64,000 bases of DNA from Trichodelitschia bisporula (GCA_010356995.1 ML996691.1:1-64000), one strand, 5' to 3'. Counted from the stretch's first letter, positions 10,128-22,308 are shown. Numbers and translations: made by a program. The notes: a model not told the origin generated them from the letters alone.

Positions 10128-10611
10128 CCCAAGAAGAGCAAGAAGACCGCCGACTCCATCAACTCGCGCCTGGCGCTTGTGATGAAGTCCGGCAAAGGTG
10201 CGTGTGCTGTCCGTCTGACCATCAGTAACTTACGTTCGCAGTTACTCTCGGCTACAAGAGCACGCTCAAGGCGCTGCGCTCGGGCAAGGCCAAGCTGGTC
10301 ATCATTGTGCGTTCCATTGCCCTCCTCTGCCTCCATCCCACTAACAGCGTAGGCCGGCAACACCCCCCCGCTGCGCAAGTCGGAGCTCGAGTACTACTCG
10401 ATGTTGGCCAAGACCAACGTTCACCACTTTTCGGGCAACAATGTAAGCCCCCCCGCGCGGCGGCCCTGCGAAAAGCCTGCGGGCTTGGAGGGCGTATACT
10501 CACATTTGGCAGATCGAGTTGGGCACGGCATGCGGCAAGCTCTTCCGCTGCTCGACGCTGGCCATTATCGATGCCGGTGACTCGGACATTCTGGCGACGA
10601 GCACGGCGTAG
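10122..10611 (+). CDS. RPL30: 60S ribosomal protein L30 (eL30)
   Basis: Exons 10122-10197, 10242-10306, 10353-10442, 10513-10611: [35 protein letters not shown]...[13 protein letters not shown]...[11 protein letters not shown]...DAGDSDIL. Confidence 0.97.
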
Positions 10612-11148
10612 GGTGGTGTAGACTAGCAATCGAACGACTTGAACGTGGAGCATTTGCTCGTGACTGTGACTCGATTGCTTGCGATGCGGTGACGATTGAT
10701 ACTGGATTACGACTCCTCCCAGTCCCACTGGCGCACGTATCGGCGTGCAGTTGTACCGCACGGCAAGCAATTGGGCCGACGTGTGTCATTCCGCCCATCC
10801 ATCATCTCTGTATAGCGCGTCTCCGCGGACCATGCGGCAACTGCGGTGTACCAACTGCGGTATACGCTGGGTGCTTGACATGTTGCGGTGAACCGTTGCG
10901 TACAAGCGTGAGGCGGCATCATCAGCGGCAAAAGCGGCTCATGGGTGTGAAGCACATCGATAAATTGCTGTCGGGCGAAATGCTGCCGTGGCGCCTTATC
11001 CCAAATCAGGCTGCCAGCGCCAAGCGATGACAAAAGGGCGAATTTGTAAGCGAGTGTGTGTGTCGAAAATCCGCCGCCCCCGTCAGACCAAAACCCGACC
11101 ACCTCCCACTCTCAATCGCCAACTACCAGTCCTCCAACAACCGTCGAA

Positions 11149-11961
11149 ATGGCGCGCCGTCCTGCGAGATGTTATCGTTACTGCAAGAACAAGCCGTACC
11201 CGAAGTCGCGCTTCAACCGCGGTGTGCCTGAGTACGTTTTCACCTTCATGTTGGTGGGAGTGGCGAGCTGACCGTTGCAGTCCTAAGATCCGCATCTTCG
11301 ACCTCGGCCGCAAGAAGGCGGGCGTTGACGACTTCCCGACCTGCGTGCATCTTGTCTCCAGTGCGTTCTCCGTCTCACAATTTGTGTCCATCCGCTAAGC
11401 GTCTGCAGACGAGTATGAGCAGCTGTCGTCGGAGGCTCTCGAAGCCGCCCGTATCTGCGCCAACAAGTACCTCGTTAAGATTGCTGGCAAGGAAGGTTTC
11501 CACATGCGCGTCCGCGCTCACCCGTACCACGTCATCCGCATCAACAAGATGTTGTCGTGCGCCGGTGCCGATCGTCTGCAGACGGGCATGCGTGGTGCGT
11601 TCGGCAAGCCCAACGGCACGGTCGCTCGCGTGAACATTGGCCAGATCATCCTGAGCGTGCGGACTCGCGACGCGCGTGAGTATTGTTCTTCTCTATGCTG
11701 GCAAAAGCTGACATCGCAGACCGCGCCACCGCCATCGAGGCTCTGCGCCGCTCTCAGTACAAGTTCCCCGGCCGCCAGAAGATCATCGTGTCGAAGAACT
11801 GGGGCTTCACGCCTCTGCGTCGCGAGGAGTACATGGCTCAGCGCCAGGCGGGCAAGGTCAAGGTGGACGGTGCCTACGTGCAGTTCCTGCGCAACAAGGG
11901 CCCGATCGCGGACAACATACGTCGCTTCCCGGATGCTTTCGGCAAGGAGGCAGAGGCTTAG
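11149..11961 (+). CDS. RPL10: 60S ribosomal protein L10 (uL16)
   Basis: Exons 11149-11231, 11281-11360, 11409-11675, 11720-11961: [22 protein letters not shown]..., [24 protein letters not shown]. Confidence 0.98.
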
Positions 11962-12115
11962 GTCTGGGTTAGCTGGCGTTGACTAGGAATTGACTTTGAG
12001 TGCTTGACTGGTTGCGTGATTGTGGTCCGTGCTATGGGGTCGTCTGGACAAGGCTAGACAACTGAACATTGCCTGCATTGCAATTTTGTGTGAATTCTTC
12101 TTCCCTGCAACCACC

Positions 12116-13192
12116 ATGACCTCCATCTCGTCCCTCACGACGCTCACAACCGCCTTGCCACCCAGCTGCATTTCCTTCTGGCCCCTCGACAAGAGCTACT
12201 TCGTAGTTGGGACGTACCTCCTTGAATCGAACGAAGATGCCGCCACCACGGATTCCCCCACCACAGCCCCGCAATCCCGCCGTGGCTCCCTCGACCTCTT
12301 CTATCTCAGCGCCGACAACACCATGTCCGCCCCCTCTATCACTCCCCAACCTTTCCACTAATCCCACAGTACCCTGATTCAAACCCTCTCCACAAACTAC
12401 GCCATCTTCGATCTCGCCTTCCGCCCTACTGATCCTTCCTCTCTCGGCACAGCAACGTCAACGGGCCTCCTCACATTCTTCACACTCTCCGCGTCCAGCC
12501 CTCACCCCGTTCTAAGCCTTACGCTGGAAATACAAGTAACAGATGCGCTGCTTACAAGCCTGGCGTTCCCACCAGCTTCCTCACCCGAAGCCGAGGCAGG
12601 GCTCGTGCTCCTAACTGACTCCGCGGGAGGTGTGTCGGTCCTTTCGCTTGCCCCCAGGGTGGAGGTAGAGGCCTGCAAGCATGATTGTGAGGCGTGGTGT
12701 GCTGCGTTCCTAGAACTAGATAAGGGGATTCTGTCCGGTGGCGACGATGCGGTGCTGCGGTATTCCTCGGTGGAATACGGGCAGGTGTGGGCGAACCGGA
12801 GGGCGCATGGTGCGGGTGTCACTGCGATTTTACCGCTGGAGGAAGGAGTGGTGCTGAGTGGGAGCTATGATGAGCAGCTACGGGTTTTGGATGTCTCGCC
12901 CATGGGGAGGGGGCGGGTATTGGGTGAGCTGGGCTTGGGTGGAGGGGTGTGGAGGCTGAAACTCATGAGGGTGGAGGAGGATGCGTGGGTTGTGCTTGCT
13001 GCTGTCATGCATGGGGGGGCGAGAGTGGTGAGAGTGCAGAGGGAGGGGTGGGCGATTGAGGTGCTGGGGCGGTTCGAGGAGCATCAGAGTATGTGCTATG
13101 GAGCGGACTGGGCGGAGAGTCAAGGAGGGATAAGGATCGTGTCGACGAGCTTTTATGATCGGCTGGTTTGCTTTTGGAGGATGGAGATGTAG
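12116..13192 (+). CDS. DPH7: WD40 diphthine methylesterase (Dph7/Rrt2)
   Basis: Exons 12116-12324, 12370-13192. Motifs VVGTYLL, HDCEAW, SGGDD, HGAGVTAI, GSYDE, LGGGVWRL, MHGG, HQSMCYGADW, TSFYD. Confidence 0.88.
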
Positions 13193-13372
13193 ATGATATC
13201 GCTCCCCGGAGATGACGATCCCTCGTCGCTTGTCACAATGTCATTCCGCAATATCATGCCCATCACATTCGTCATGTCCTAGCAGAAGCGCTGTGGATTG
13301 CTACGGACTACCCGATGCACCATGCCGTCCAGTCCCAATAACAACCGCCGCGCCAGCCATCCCGCGAGAAAA

Positions 13373-13839
13373 CTAGAACACGAGCGCCGCACCCTTGGTC
13401 TTCTTGTCGCCACTGCGTCCGTTAGCAATTGTCCCAAATCCGATAGAGGTCCACGGGCGCCATACCCGAGCTCAAAGTGCTTGCAGCGCTTCAGCGCCAG
13501 TTGTGCCTTGGTCTTGCAAGATGTGCATTCCAGCCGCAGCACGACCTTCTTCGTGGTCTTCGCCTTCTTGTGGAACACGGGCTTCGTCTGACCACCGTAA
13601 CCCGACTGCTTGCGGTCGTAACGACGCTTTCCCTGGGCGAACAGCGAGGCCTTTTCCAATTAGCACCCATTGCGACCATCAATAGCAAAAACCCACCTTG
13701 CCGGCCTTGTACTGCGTCACCTTGTGCTGGGTGTGCTTCTTGCAGTCCTTGCCCTTGCAGTAAGTCCGCCGCGTCTTGGGAACGTTGACCTGTGGCTATT
13801 AGCCTGGAATCCGAGCGCGGGTAACGGGTGACGAACCAT
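13373..13839 (-). CDS. RPL42: 60S ribosomal protein L42/L44 (eL42)
   Basis: Exons 13839-13837, 13789-13697, 13650-13466, 13412-13373: [17 protein letters not shown]...[19 protein letters not shown]...[17 protein letters not shown]. Confidence 0.97.
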
Positions 13840-14436
13840 CGTGACGGTGTTGTGGTGGTTGTCGAGTGGTGATGTTGTCGAAGTGCGGGATGTGAGGTGT
13901 GAATTTGGCTGCCACTTGTGTGCGCCTTGGCGTCCGGGTCCCTAGCGTGCGGGGGGTCCGTGCAGTTGGTGCCTTTGAGCCTGATGATGATGATGGGAGG
14001 GGACGACGACAACATCACTCGATTTCGCTTTACAGCCACAACACAATTTCTACCTTGATTCATTTCTTTGAGATCTGTGCTTTGCTTTCCCGAAGCCCAT
14101 TCTGTCTTTGTAGTAGCCGTATCTGTTCTCTTCAATTTATCTATGCTTTTTCAACGCTACCATCACCATCAAACCGGCAAAGCATCCGCGAAGTCACCAG
14201 TCCATCCCGCTCCCCTCGGCATGCCCTGCACCTCTTGCTTTTTTCCCTCCCATCGGCCTCCAATCCCAAGCGGCCTCACCCAGTCCTTCTAGCTGCGGAT
14301 TCCCCATCCCTCTTCCAGCCTGGCGCGCTCCGACCCCGCATCAGCATTGATCACAGCAGTTCCCCTCACCTTCGCGACAACATCCATAACCATCACCATC
14401 CTCAGCGCCCTCCGTTTCACCACCGACGAAATCACC

Positions 14437-15512
14437 ATGGAAGTCTCCGCTCTTTACCTCTATCCGATCAAGTCCCTCCGCCCCGCCGCCGTCCCGTCCC
14501 TAACGCTCACGCCTACCGGCCCCCTCCACGACCGGACCTTCATGCTCCTCCGCGACCATGGCGACACTCCTCGCGACGGTGGGCGCTACGAAAACATGCA
14601 CGTCGTGTACTTCCCTGCGCTCACCCTATTCACTACATCCCTCTCCCTTCCCACTTCCACGTCGCCCGGGAGTATAGCCGTAACTCATGCTCCGCCGGAC
14701 GGCGAACCGTCCACGCTCTCTATCCCCTTGGAGCCAGACACCGCATCTTTGGACCAAATAACCGTGAATATGCACTCCTCTCCCACGCCCGCCTACGCCA
14801 TGCCACCCGAGTTCAGCGCCTGGTTCACAGCCCGCCTTTCCTTCCCCACGATCCTAGCCTACCTCGGCCCCCACCGGCGGCGCGTCCTCTTCGGCAAGTC
14901 CAGCGCCCCCGAGCCCAAGTCCTGGCTATCAAGCCTGTCCTCTCGGTCCCCCTTCGCCGCTCCCCCGCCAAAGTCCATCTCAGACCACAAAATCTCCTTT
15001 GCCGACTGCGCTCCTCTCCTCCTTGCCTCCGCCACTTCCCTCGCAGACGTCAGTTCACGGCTTACGGATGGACACGGGGTGGATATAACCAAGTTCCGTC
15101 CAAACATTGTGGTTGCCGGCGCACAGCCGTGGGAAGAAGACTTCTGGGCCTCAGTCCAGCTCACTCCCGCTGACGGTGCAGAGCCCACGGTTGTGAGTCT
15201 GGAGCGTAATTGCGTTCGCTGCGCGAGTGTGAATATCGACTATGCTACCGGGAAGCCGGGGGAGGGAGCCGTGGGAGATGTGCTCAAGGTGCTGCAGCGA
15301 GATCGACGTGTTGATCCGGCGAAGAAGTGGAGTCCGGTGTTTGGGCGGTATGGATTCTTGGTGGATGCTAATGGGGACGGGTGGGAACGGGTGGTGAGCG
15401 TGGGAGATAGAGTTGAGGTCAAGGCGAGGAAGGCGGAGAGGGATGTTTGGGGTGAGTTTCCCGCTACTTTTTGGGTGCACGACCTGACAGCACAGATTGG
15501 CCGGGATTGTGA
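14437..15512 (+). CDS. MOSC-domain protein (mARC/YcbX-like)
   Basis: LYLYPIKSL...DRTFML N-terminal barrel, FADCAP, KFRPNIVV..G..PWEEDFW, CVRC. Intron 15452-15495 gives the C-terminus WDWPGL*. Confidence 0.9.
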
Positions 15513-15600
15513 GGGTTACACAACAGCGCCTTCTAGATCAGGAAAATGCAGTGGCCATTTTGCGGTAGGAGTAAATGGTGCCGCGGGTTCCTCGCTGCTG

Positions 15601-16284
15601 ATGCTTCTGGTGGGGTCTACCTGCTGCTGCACGGGAGCATCAAGCCCTGGCGACGATCTTCGTGTGAGAGCTGGTATTGAGCACTTTACACCTTACCATG
15701 CTGCTCCGGATGCGTCGCCCTTTTGGAGAGACACTAAGAGTAACCGCTACAGCATTCGAAAAAGATCCGAAGCATGTGAGCAGTTCCGGCCAGCCCCGGC
15801 GTTGTATTTGCGGTTCAGCAGGCACATCATCGAATCCTGAAATGGGAACGGAAGGAAAGAGAACCTCAACACGCGCTCTATGGTTCTCAATCCGAATGGG
15901 ATTTACACACTCAAGAAGGCTGCAGATGAAGAGCCCGGTCGGCTCAAAATCTTCCTCAACAGCCCGCACCAGGCGAACCTATCGATGAAAATAAAGCAGA
16001 CCATCAAAAATTGTGCCAGTAAGCCCCCCGAAGGAGACTTATACCAGTACCTCTCCGCACTGTGCAATGCAGGAGGTGCCTGGCAGGCTTTCCGTATTCT
16101 TGAGCGTGGAGAGCCCCGACTGGTTTGTATGAGGAAAAGAAGTGGACAAGTGAGGGAAGAGGGCGATACTTATACCCTCTGGTGGGAGGCGTACGTTGCG
16201 GTTGACGTCTTGTCTGTGGCCTTCGAACCTAAGGAAGTGAGCAGCCGCGGCCTCATTGCTTCCTTGAGCACCATGTTTTCTTGA
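15601..16284 (+). pseudogene. Hypothetical ORF or pseudogene
   Basis: A single reading frame 15601-16284 interrupted by one TGA (15838-15840); the 134-aa ORF 15880-16284 is its 3' part. No recognisable motif. Confidence 0.25.
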
Positions 16285-17606
16285 AGTTGTGATGGGAGCA
16301 TAAGCGCGATGACAGGTAAGCAGCAGCCTATGGGGCAAGGGAGGTCTTTCTGTAGATAGCGTGGCGGCTGCCTTTGGGATAGGCGAGTACTGCTATGTTG
16401 AGTCGGCGCGTACCGGTGCCTGGAACTTAAGAAGACTTCAGATGAGGAACTCAGTTATGCCCGCCCTCGATGTGCCCCTCCAGCAAGTCAGGCGCCTTCA
16501 TCATGTCCTTCTCCTTCCCACGGGACTCAGCGCAGAACAGTAAGGTCATTCTCTCCCTCCTTTCCACGTCCTCTCCCCTTCCTCGTTCCTTACTCGAGCG
16601 CGCCCCGTCCCTCCCGGTCTGCAGTCTACACCTAACAGCATAACCACAACACACACCTACCAAAAGGTACAGTATAAATACCACCTCGCCCGCCCTCTTC
16701 TCCTTTTGGCCATATCTCCCGCCAGGGCTCTCCGCGCTCAAGAAAACGGAAAAGCATGCCAGGGGCCTCCTGCATTCTACAGCGTGGAGAGGTAACTGGT
16801 ATAAGTGTTCCCTTTGGGGGTGCTTACTGGGACAATTTTTGATGGACTGCTTCTTTTTTTCATCGATCGGTTCGCCTGGTTGCGGGCCATTGAGGAAGAA
16901 TTTTGTGTGGTAGTAATGAGAGGGCGAATGTTGTCAAAACTAAGATGGGGAGCAGTTGTCCTGCCTCGAGCACCATGTCTGGTGAAGTTGGAGATGAATG
17001 AAGGTGCGGCCTTCGCCCGACGTCATTCAGGCACCAAAGCTGCCTGATTGGTCCCAAGCCCTCCGCCAAGCCCATAAAGCTCAAGATGGAAATCCATGAT
17101 CCTCACCACCAAAACCCTCACGCGTCCATGACAGTGCATCAAACGCCGGTTGATCTCGCAGACGACAGCAAATCTCCCGCAGGAAACACAAACATCGGCT
17201 CCAAAGATAGCATCCCCTCGCCGGGCCTTCATGCCTCCAATCCCCGCCGCCGAGCCCGCAGCAATCTTTCTCCGGTCTCACAACCGCGCCCCGTGAAACA
17301 CTTCCCCTCAAGCCCAATCAACATCCCTCCATCACAGCTGCATGAAACTCCTCCGCGCATACGCAGACCACCCACCTCCCGCCCATGATGGGTTGTGAAA
17401 CGGGTCTCCGAGGGGGCAGTTCCACCTCACGATGGGCCTCTTGGACCGGAGAGGAGTACTTAGACGCGTCAAACCCGCCGTTCCTGACGCGCTTTTGGCT
17501 CCCCTACGCTCGTTCCCGCCCTCGCGTGCTCTTCTCTTCTCCGCGTGCTTCTCTTCGCGTATATCCGTAGATCGGATGCCTATTACTATAACATAACTGT
17601 ATCTAA

Positions 17607-18846
17607 ATGCGCACCTCGCTCCTCATCGCGCTGCTGGCAGCCGCTCCCGGGCTCTGCACGCCCATTCCCGCAAAGTGCGTCCCTCTTACCATGTTTCCTT
17701 CATGTCTAACAAAGCAGACTCCCCTTCTGGCGCACCCTCCACCCAAACCATCGCGCCGCTGAAGCAGCCGCCGATGCCGGAAACGCGATAACCCTCGTCT
17801 TCCCGGACGGTAGTCCCGCGGTCACAATCGCCGCCTCGGACCTCGCTCGTCCATCTCCCACCTCCACACTCACAATAACCGAAGCCCAACCCACCGGCCC
17901 GGCCTCCTCGGCAAACACCCCGACCACGGGCGGTATAATCGGCCTCGTGCCCGCCGTGCCCAACGACCCGGGCGCGTCAGGACAACTGAACGACTTTCCA
18001 GCCGTCGATCTCCCAGCAGCCCGGTCCTCTCTGCTCGGCCCGGCCGCATCGCCCTCTGCATCTGCCTCCGCCGCACCGCGGCCGGGAAGCTCCTCCACCA
18101 ATAGCACCGTACCCCGAAGTGGCCAAGGCACCGCCGCACCCGCGGCATCCAGTGGGAACAGCACAGCCGGAATCGTCGGAATCGTCCCTGCCGTGCCGAA
18201 CGACCCCGGCTCAAGCCCGCCGCTAAACAACTTCCCCGCACCAGCCCCACCAGCCGTGGCGGCTCCTTCCTTGTCTGCCGTCACTCCTTCTCCATTCACA
18301 GCATCTCCTTCCCCGTCCGCGGCTGCTCCGCCTCCGCCTCCGGCCTTGGCCCCCGCGCCCTCAGCGTCTTCCGCCACCCCTTCGGAATTTTCCGTCCGCC
18401 TTTCTGCATCTTCCACCACCTCCTCTGCGTCTTCTACCACCGCCTCAGCCTCGCCCGCCACCTCAGCATCCTCTGCCCTGCCGGCCGAAAAGCCCGCTCC
18501 CGCCCCCGCCGCCGGCGCCGGCGAAACCATAACCGTCCCGCTAGGCCGGCCCTCCAGCACGCCTCCCGCCGCCGCACCTACTCCATCCGCCGCACCTGCG
18601 CTCGCGCCATCTGGCCAGCCATTGGTGTTTACGAGCCGGCCTGCCGTTACGTTTTCTGTGCCTGCCGGGGCCGGGGCCGGTGCGGGGGGTGGAACGGTGA
18701 CGGTGACGACGACTGTGATTGCTTCGCCCAGTCCGGTGGGAGCGCTTACCACACCTGGCTTGGGACTTGCGATTCCGAGCGCGCGGGCGAGTGGCGGGGT
18801 TGTGGCGACTATTACTATTGGGGATCCATTGGGGGGTGCTTCGTGA
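17607..18846 (+). CDS. Secreted Pro/Ala/Ser/Thr-rich (mucin-like) protein with a duplicated 24-aa motif
   Basis: Signal peptide MRTSLLIALLAAAPGLCTPIP. Intron 17675-17714 or 17717 (GTGCGT..CTAAC..AAGCAG) joins the long frame ending at TGA 18846. Confidence 0.75.
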
Positions 18847-19036
18847 GGAGGGACTTAGGGTGGAGTTAGTTTTGGTTGTCTTGTGTATAATTACAATTGA
18901 ACTACATTGTCATGATCGCGCAAAGAACCGTGCTTGTGCTTTTGCTGCGCTCTTGTTGTGCTTCCGAGTCCATCTCTGAAGAATTCCTCTCCTCACGCTT
19001 TCGTCCGCAAGGTTTCGTAGATTGAATCTCGTGAGG

Positions 19037-19611
19037 TCAGGGGGAGAGCAGAGACATATGAAGCCAGGCCCTGTCAACCAAAGCTGTATTCCTACCATCC
19101 TCAGTCAACATTGAGTGAGCTGCCTGACAGGCCGCCTCTAGGCGCCGCTTGATCTCCACCATCTCCGCATGCGCCGCGTCGTACTCCTCAGTTTTCTCTT
19201 TGGCCACATCCATAGCCTTGCAGGCGCGATCCCCCCGCTCCTGCATTTCCTTGTCGAAGTGCGCCTCTTGCTGCTCCCAAGCTGAGGCCGCGTCAACGAC
19301 ATCGAAAATGAGGTGGACCGCGTTCTGCGGGTCTGTCTGTTCCTGGATCATGGCTCCCTCGCGGATAGCCTTCTTGAGATCGGCCCAGGTGGCTGAGTAC
19401 CGGTCGGCGAATTCCCAGGGATTCTCGGTTACTTCGTCGGCGAACGTTGAGGCTTTTGTCTTAGCTTCCAGGGCCGCGCGATACTTTTCTCTGGCTATTA
19501 AAAACGCTTGGAGGAGTCTGGGATGTTAACTCGATCTGGCGCGCGTGGATCCACATACGTCGGGATATACGCGGTTGTCGAAACATTTTGTTGTCGAAGT
19601 GGAACATTCAT
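19037..19611 (-). CDS. Hypothetical alpha-helical/coiled-coil protein
   Basis: Exons 19611-19559 and 19517-19037 joined by a 41-nt GTATGT..TTAAC..CAG intron in the correct phase; A/E/K-rich. The 3' end is uncertain. Confidence 0.55.
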
Positions 19612-20630
19612 GGAACTTATATCATCGTTGGTAGAAGGCATTATGTTCGGGAAAGTCAGCGATGATCAAATGTATTGAGAATATGACGAGACTGTGCTCG
19701 GAGAGCGTGAGGAAACTGTGGAGGAACTTGTAGATGGTAAAAGAGTGTGGGCGAAGTCATGATGAGGATGAGAACTTGTGGTAGAAGTGTCGGGAAAGTG
19801 TGGTCATCGATGGCGGGGTACGTCGGAAAGTGGAAGGAGCGCATCTGAGAAGTGGAAGGAGCACCCGAGGGTCGGTATTATACCCCACATGAGCTCACCC
19901 CGCCAGCCTTGGAAGAAATTGACTCTGTCCTCAATTCCTCACTGTCTGTAGACAAAACTCATGATCAGTCCAATATCATCCGTGATGCGGCTCATGATGA
20001 CGGAATTGACACGAGGCTGGCATAAGTTAGGGCAAACGTTGATTGGCTCGCTTTTTGGGAGCCGATAAACGCGTGGTTAGGTACGTACTCCTCGTTTGAA
20101 CCTCATTCATCACGATGCAGCAGAAAGAAGACAACATTGATTTCGAAGATTTCAGGCTGATTATCTCCTATCACTTTCTAGTTTGCTGCTGAGATGGAAG
20201 AGCTTTTGCAGCCCGTCCACGCGTACCTAGCCGGACGAGACTTTGTCCGAGATCCATTGCTTCAGCTTCTTCAAACCCTCAGGCTTCTGCTTCGCGCTGA
20301 GGAAAGTGCCAGTAAACCGTCAGTCCTGTTTACGTCAAAAATGTGTGCCTCGTGTCCCCGGCTTTATCCTTCGCGTCCACGGTATCTTGGAGGGGGCGTT
20401 TTTCGGAACTCGAGGTATCATTGTGCTTGCGGCCGCCGGCTAGCTCACGGTCGCCCGGTGGTGGCGCCGTGTCCGATGAGTATGGAACATCATTGTGGAG
20501 TATCGATGGTTGATCTTGCAGTGGTGTACCTTGCTGTGTTAAATAGTAGAATCCTTGAGGTGACTTGCGGTTCGACGATGAATCCTAGCTTCACATTCAC
20601 GAATGTCCGACACTGTCAACTCGTAACCAC

Positions 20631-21560
20631 CTAGTTCCCACCCCCGAGCTCGCGAAGGATATCGCCCTGGGGATCCGGCTCCGGCAGAGCAAAATGCTCC
20701 ACCCCCTCCAGCCACATTTGCACTGACTTGCGCTTATCCGCCAGCATCGGGACCTGCGTCCCCTCGGCATGTTTGGCCGCCATGCGCTTTGCGTACATGC
20801 GCTTCTGCTCCTTGACGTGCTGTTCCTTCACATGTTCCTCCTTTGAGCGTGGCTCCTCTTGTGCGCGCTGCTCTTTTTGGCGGATTGCCGTTATGAGCTG
20901 TGCACTCAGGCGCTTCTCGGCCTCGAGCTTTTGGAAGCTCGCGGTTGCGTGCCCAGTCGTCATTTTGCTGCGTTGTTGGATGTTCGGAGTTTCGGTAATC
21001 GTCGGTTTTCCTTCAGTGTTGCCGTAGCTCGGACTCTCTGGGGAATGTCTCTCCGGCCAACGGCTCGCCAAAGTGTCGTCAGGGACCTGAGAGTTCAGGG
21101 TCATGCTCTGTCGCCAGTTTGGGGAAGCGCTGAGACTTTTCCGCTTGCTCGGGGAAGGGACAATTGGAGAATGGACGCTTGTCCGCTTGTTCAGGAGAGC
21201 GCCAGCGGAGTGGATGCCTGCCCGCTTGTTCGGGGTGATGCCGGTTGCGGGCACGCTTGTCTGCTTGTTCGGAGAAGCGCGAGTTAGGGGTCGACTGGTC
21301 CGCATGTTCGGGGAGGCAGCTGCTGGTGGGACGCTCGTCCGCGTGTTCGGGAAGGCCACGACTGGAGGAACGCTGGTGCGCTTGTTCGGGGAAACGCTGA
21401 TCTGGGGTTTGGTCTTGGAGTAACGTGTCCTCGTGTCCGGAAGGCCGTCGACAATGTCCACGGATTTCTTCCCGAGAACTAGGTCTTCTACCCAGTTGTG
21501 GCCACCCGTCACGCCCGGGGATTGGGCGGCATCTCCAAGGCGTCTTGAGGGCCCTACCAT
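20631..21560 (-). CDS. Hypothetical disordered protein with 13-aa SPNKRTS repeats and a C-terminal coiled coil
   Basis: Uninterrupted 340-codon frame with likely start MVGPSRR (21560); 39-bp tandem units at 21186-21396. Confidence 0.65.
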   Translation of the reverse strand: MVGPSRRLGDAAQSPGVTGGHNWVEDLVLGKKSVDIVDGLPDTRTRYSKTKPQISVSPNKRTSVPPVVAFPNTRTSVPPAAASPNMRTSRPLTRASPNKQTSVPATGITPNKRAGIHSAGALLNKRTSVHSPIVPSPSKRKSLSASPNWRQSMTLNSQVPDDTLASRWPERHSPESPSYGNTEGKPTITETPNIQQRSKMTTGHATASFQKLEAEKRLSAQLITAIRQKEQRAQEEPRSKEEHVKEQHVKEQKRMYAKRMAAKHAEGTQVPMLADKRKSVQMWLEGVEHFALPEPDPQGDILRELGGGN

Positions 21561-21956
21561 TGTTGAGGAGGATAAGGTCGTTGAAGGTGAAGAGGGGAAT
21601 TGGATTTTGAAGGTGTGTTGTTGCAGAAAGATGTGTGTGGAAAGTTGAAGCATATGTTTGCCGTGGTGCTACCAAGGAGAGCAGAGCACCGTGTAGTTCT
21701 AAATTCTGAAAAGGATGTTCATGATGCTTTCGGCCGAACTATTTGATTTGTCAACTTGGTCCGCTTGAGATGGGCCTACAGCACGAGCACGCCGCATAGA
21801 AATGCACATCACAGTGCGCATCGGGTTCTTCTCCATCAGCAAGTTCGGGCGCTTGCTCCTCGAATTCGTTTTGGGCTCTTTTCTCACATGGAAACAGCCT
21901 TCCGCGCTTGTGAGACCAGCTAGCCAGCACTGCACCAGCCTCTCCCCTTCATTCAG

Positions 21957-22308
21957 CTAGAGCTCATGTCTCCGGGCTCGCGGGCGTCTGACCTCCGCAA
22001 TCCTCGAAATCACGGCTTTATCCGCCCAGCCCAAATATGCAATGAGCGTATCCACGCGCCACTTGTACAGCTTCAGTTTGCTAACGAGCGTGTCCGAACC
22101 CTCGATAGTATCAGCTGCCACTTCGATAGAGAGGCTGAGACGCTGACTTTCGGCGAGAAGCGCATTGCGGATCTGGCATATACCGTGCGCGTGATTGGCT
22201 AGCATCCATGCCTGGGCGTGGCGCGCGGCGGTCTGCTTGTGTGTTAGTAGGGAATACGTAGACCGACGGTGAGAAGAGAAACCATACTCTGTCGTATCTT
22301 TGACCCAT
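21957..22308 (-). CDS. Hypothetical small protein (~98 aa; may have further upstream exons)
   Basis: Exons 22308-22288 and 22232-21957 joined in phase by a GTATGG..CTAAC..CAG intron. Confidence 0.4.

Noticed and set aside
15452..15840. C-terminal extension of the MOSC ORF
   Set aside because: The intron at 15452-15495 ends the protein at DWPGL* (15512).
16757..17388. Possible gene (ATG 16757 with a donor site, and the 100-aa ORF at 17086)
   Set aside because: Could not build a consistent spliced model; low-complexity product.
19640..19870. Degenerate GGAAAGTG/AAGTGGAAGGAGC repeats upstream of the 19611 gene
   Set aside because: Short and irregular; consistent with a pyrimidine-rich leader on the minus strand, with no element structure.
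20069..20224. Two exact ACGCGT sites
   Set aside because: Not next to a recognisable cell-cycle gene; expected by chance at this GC content.
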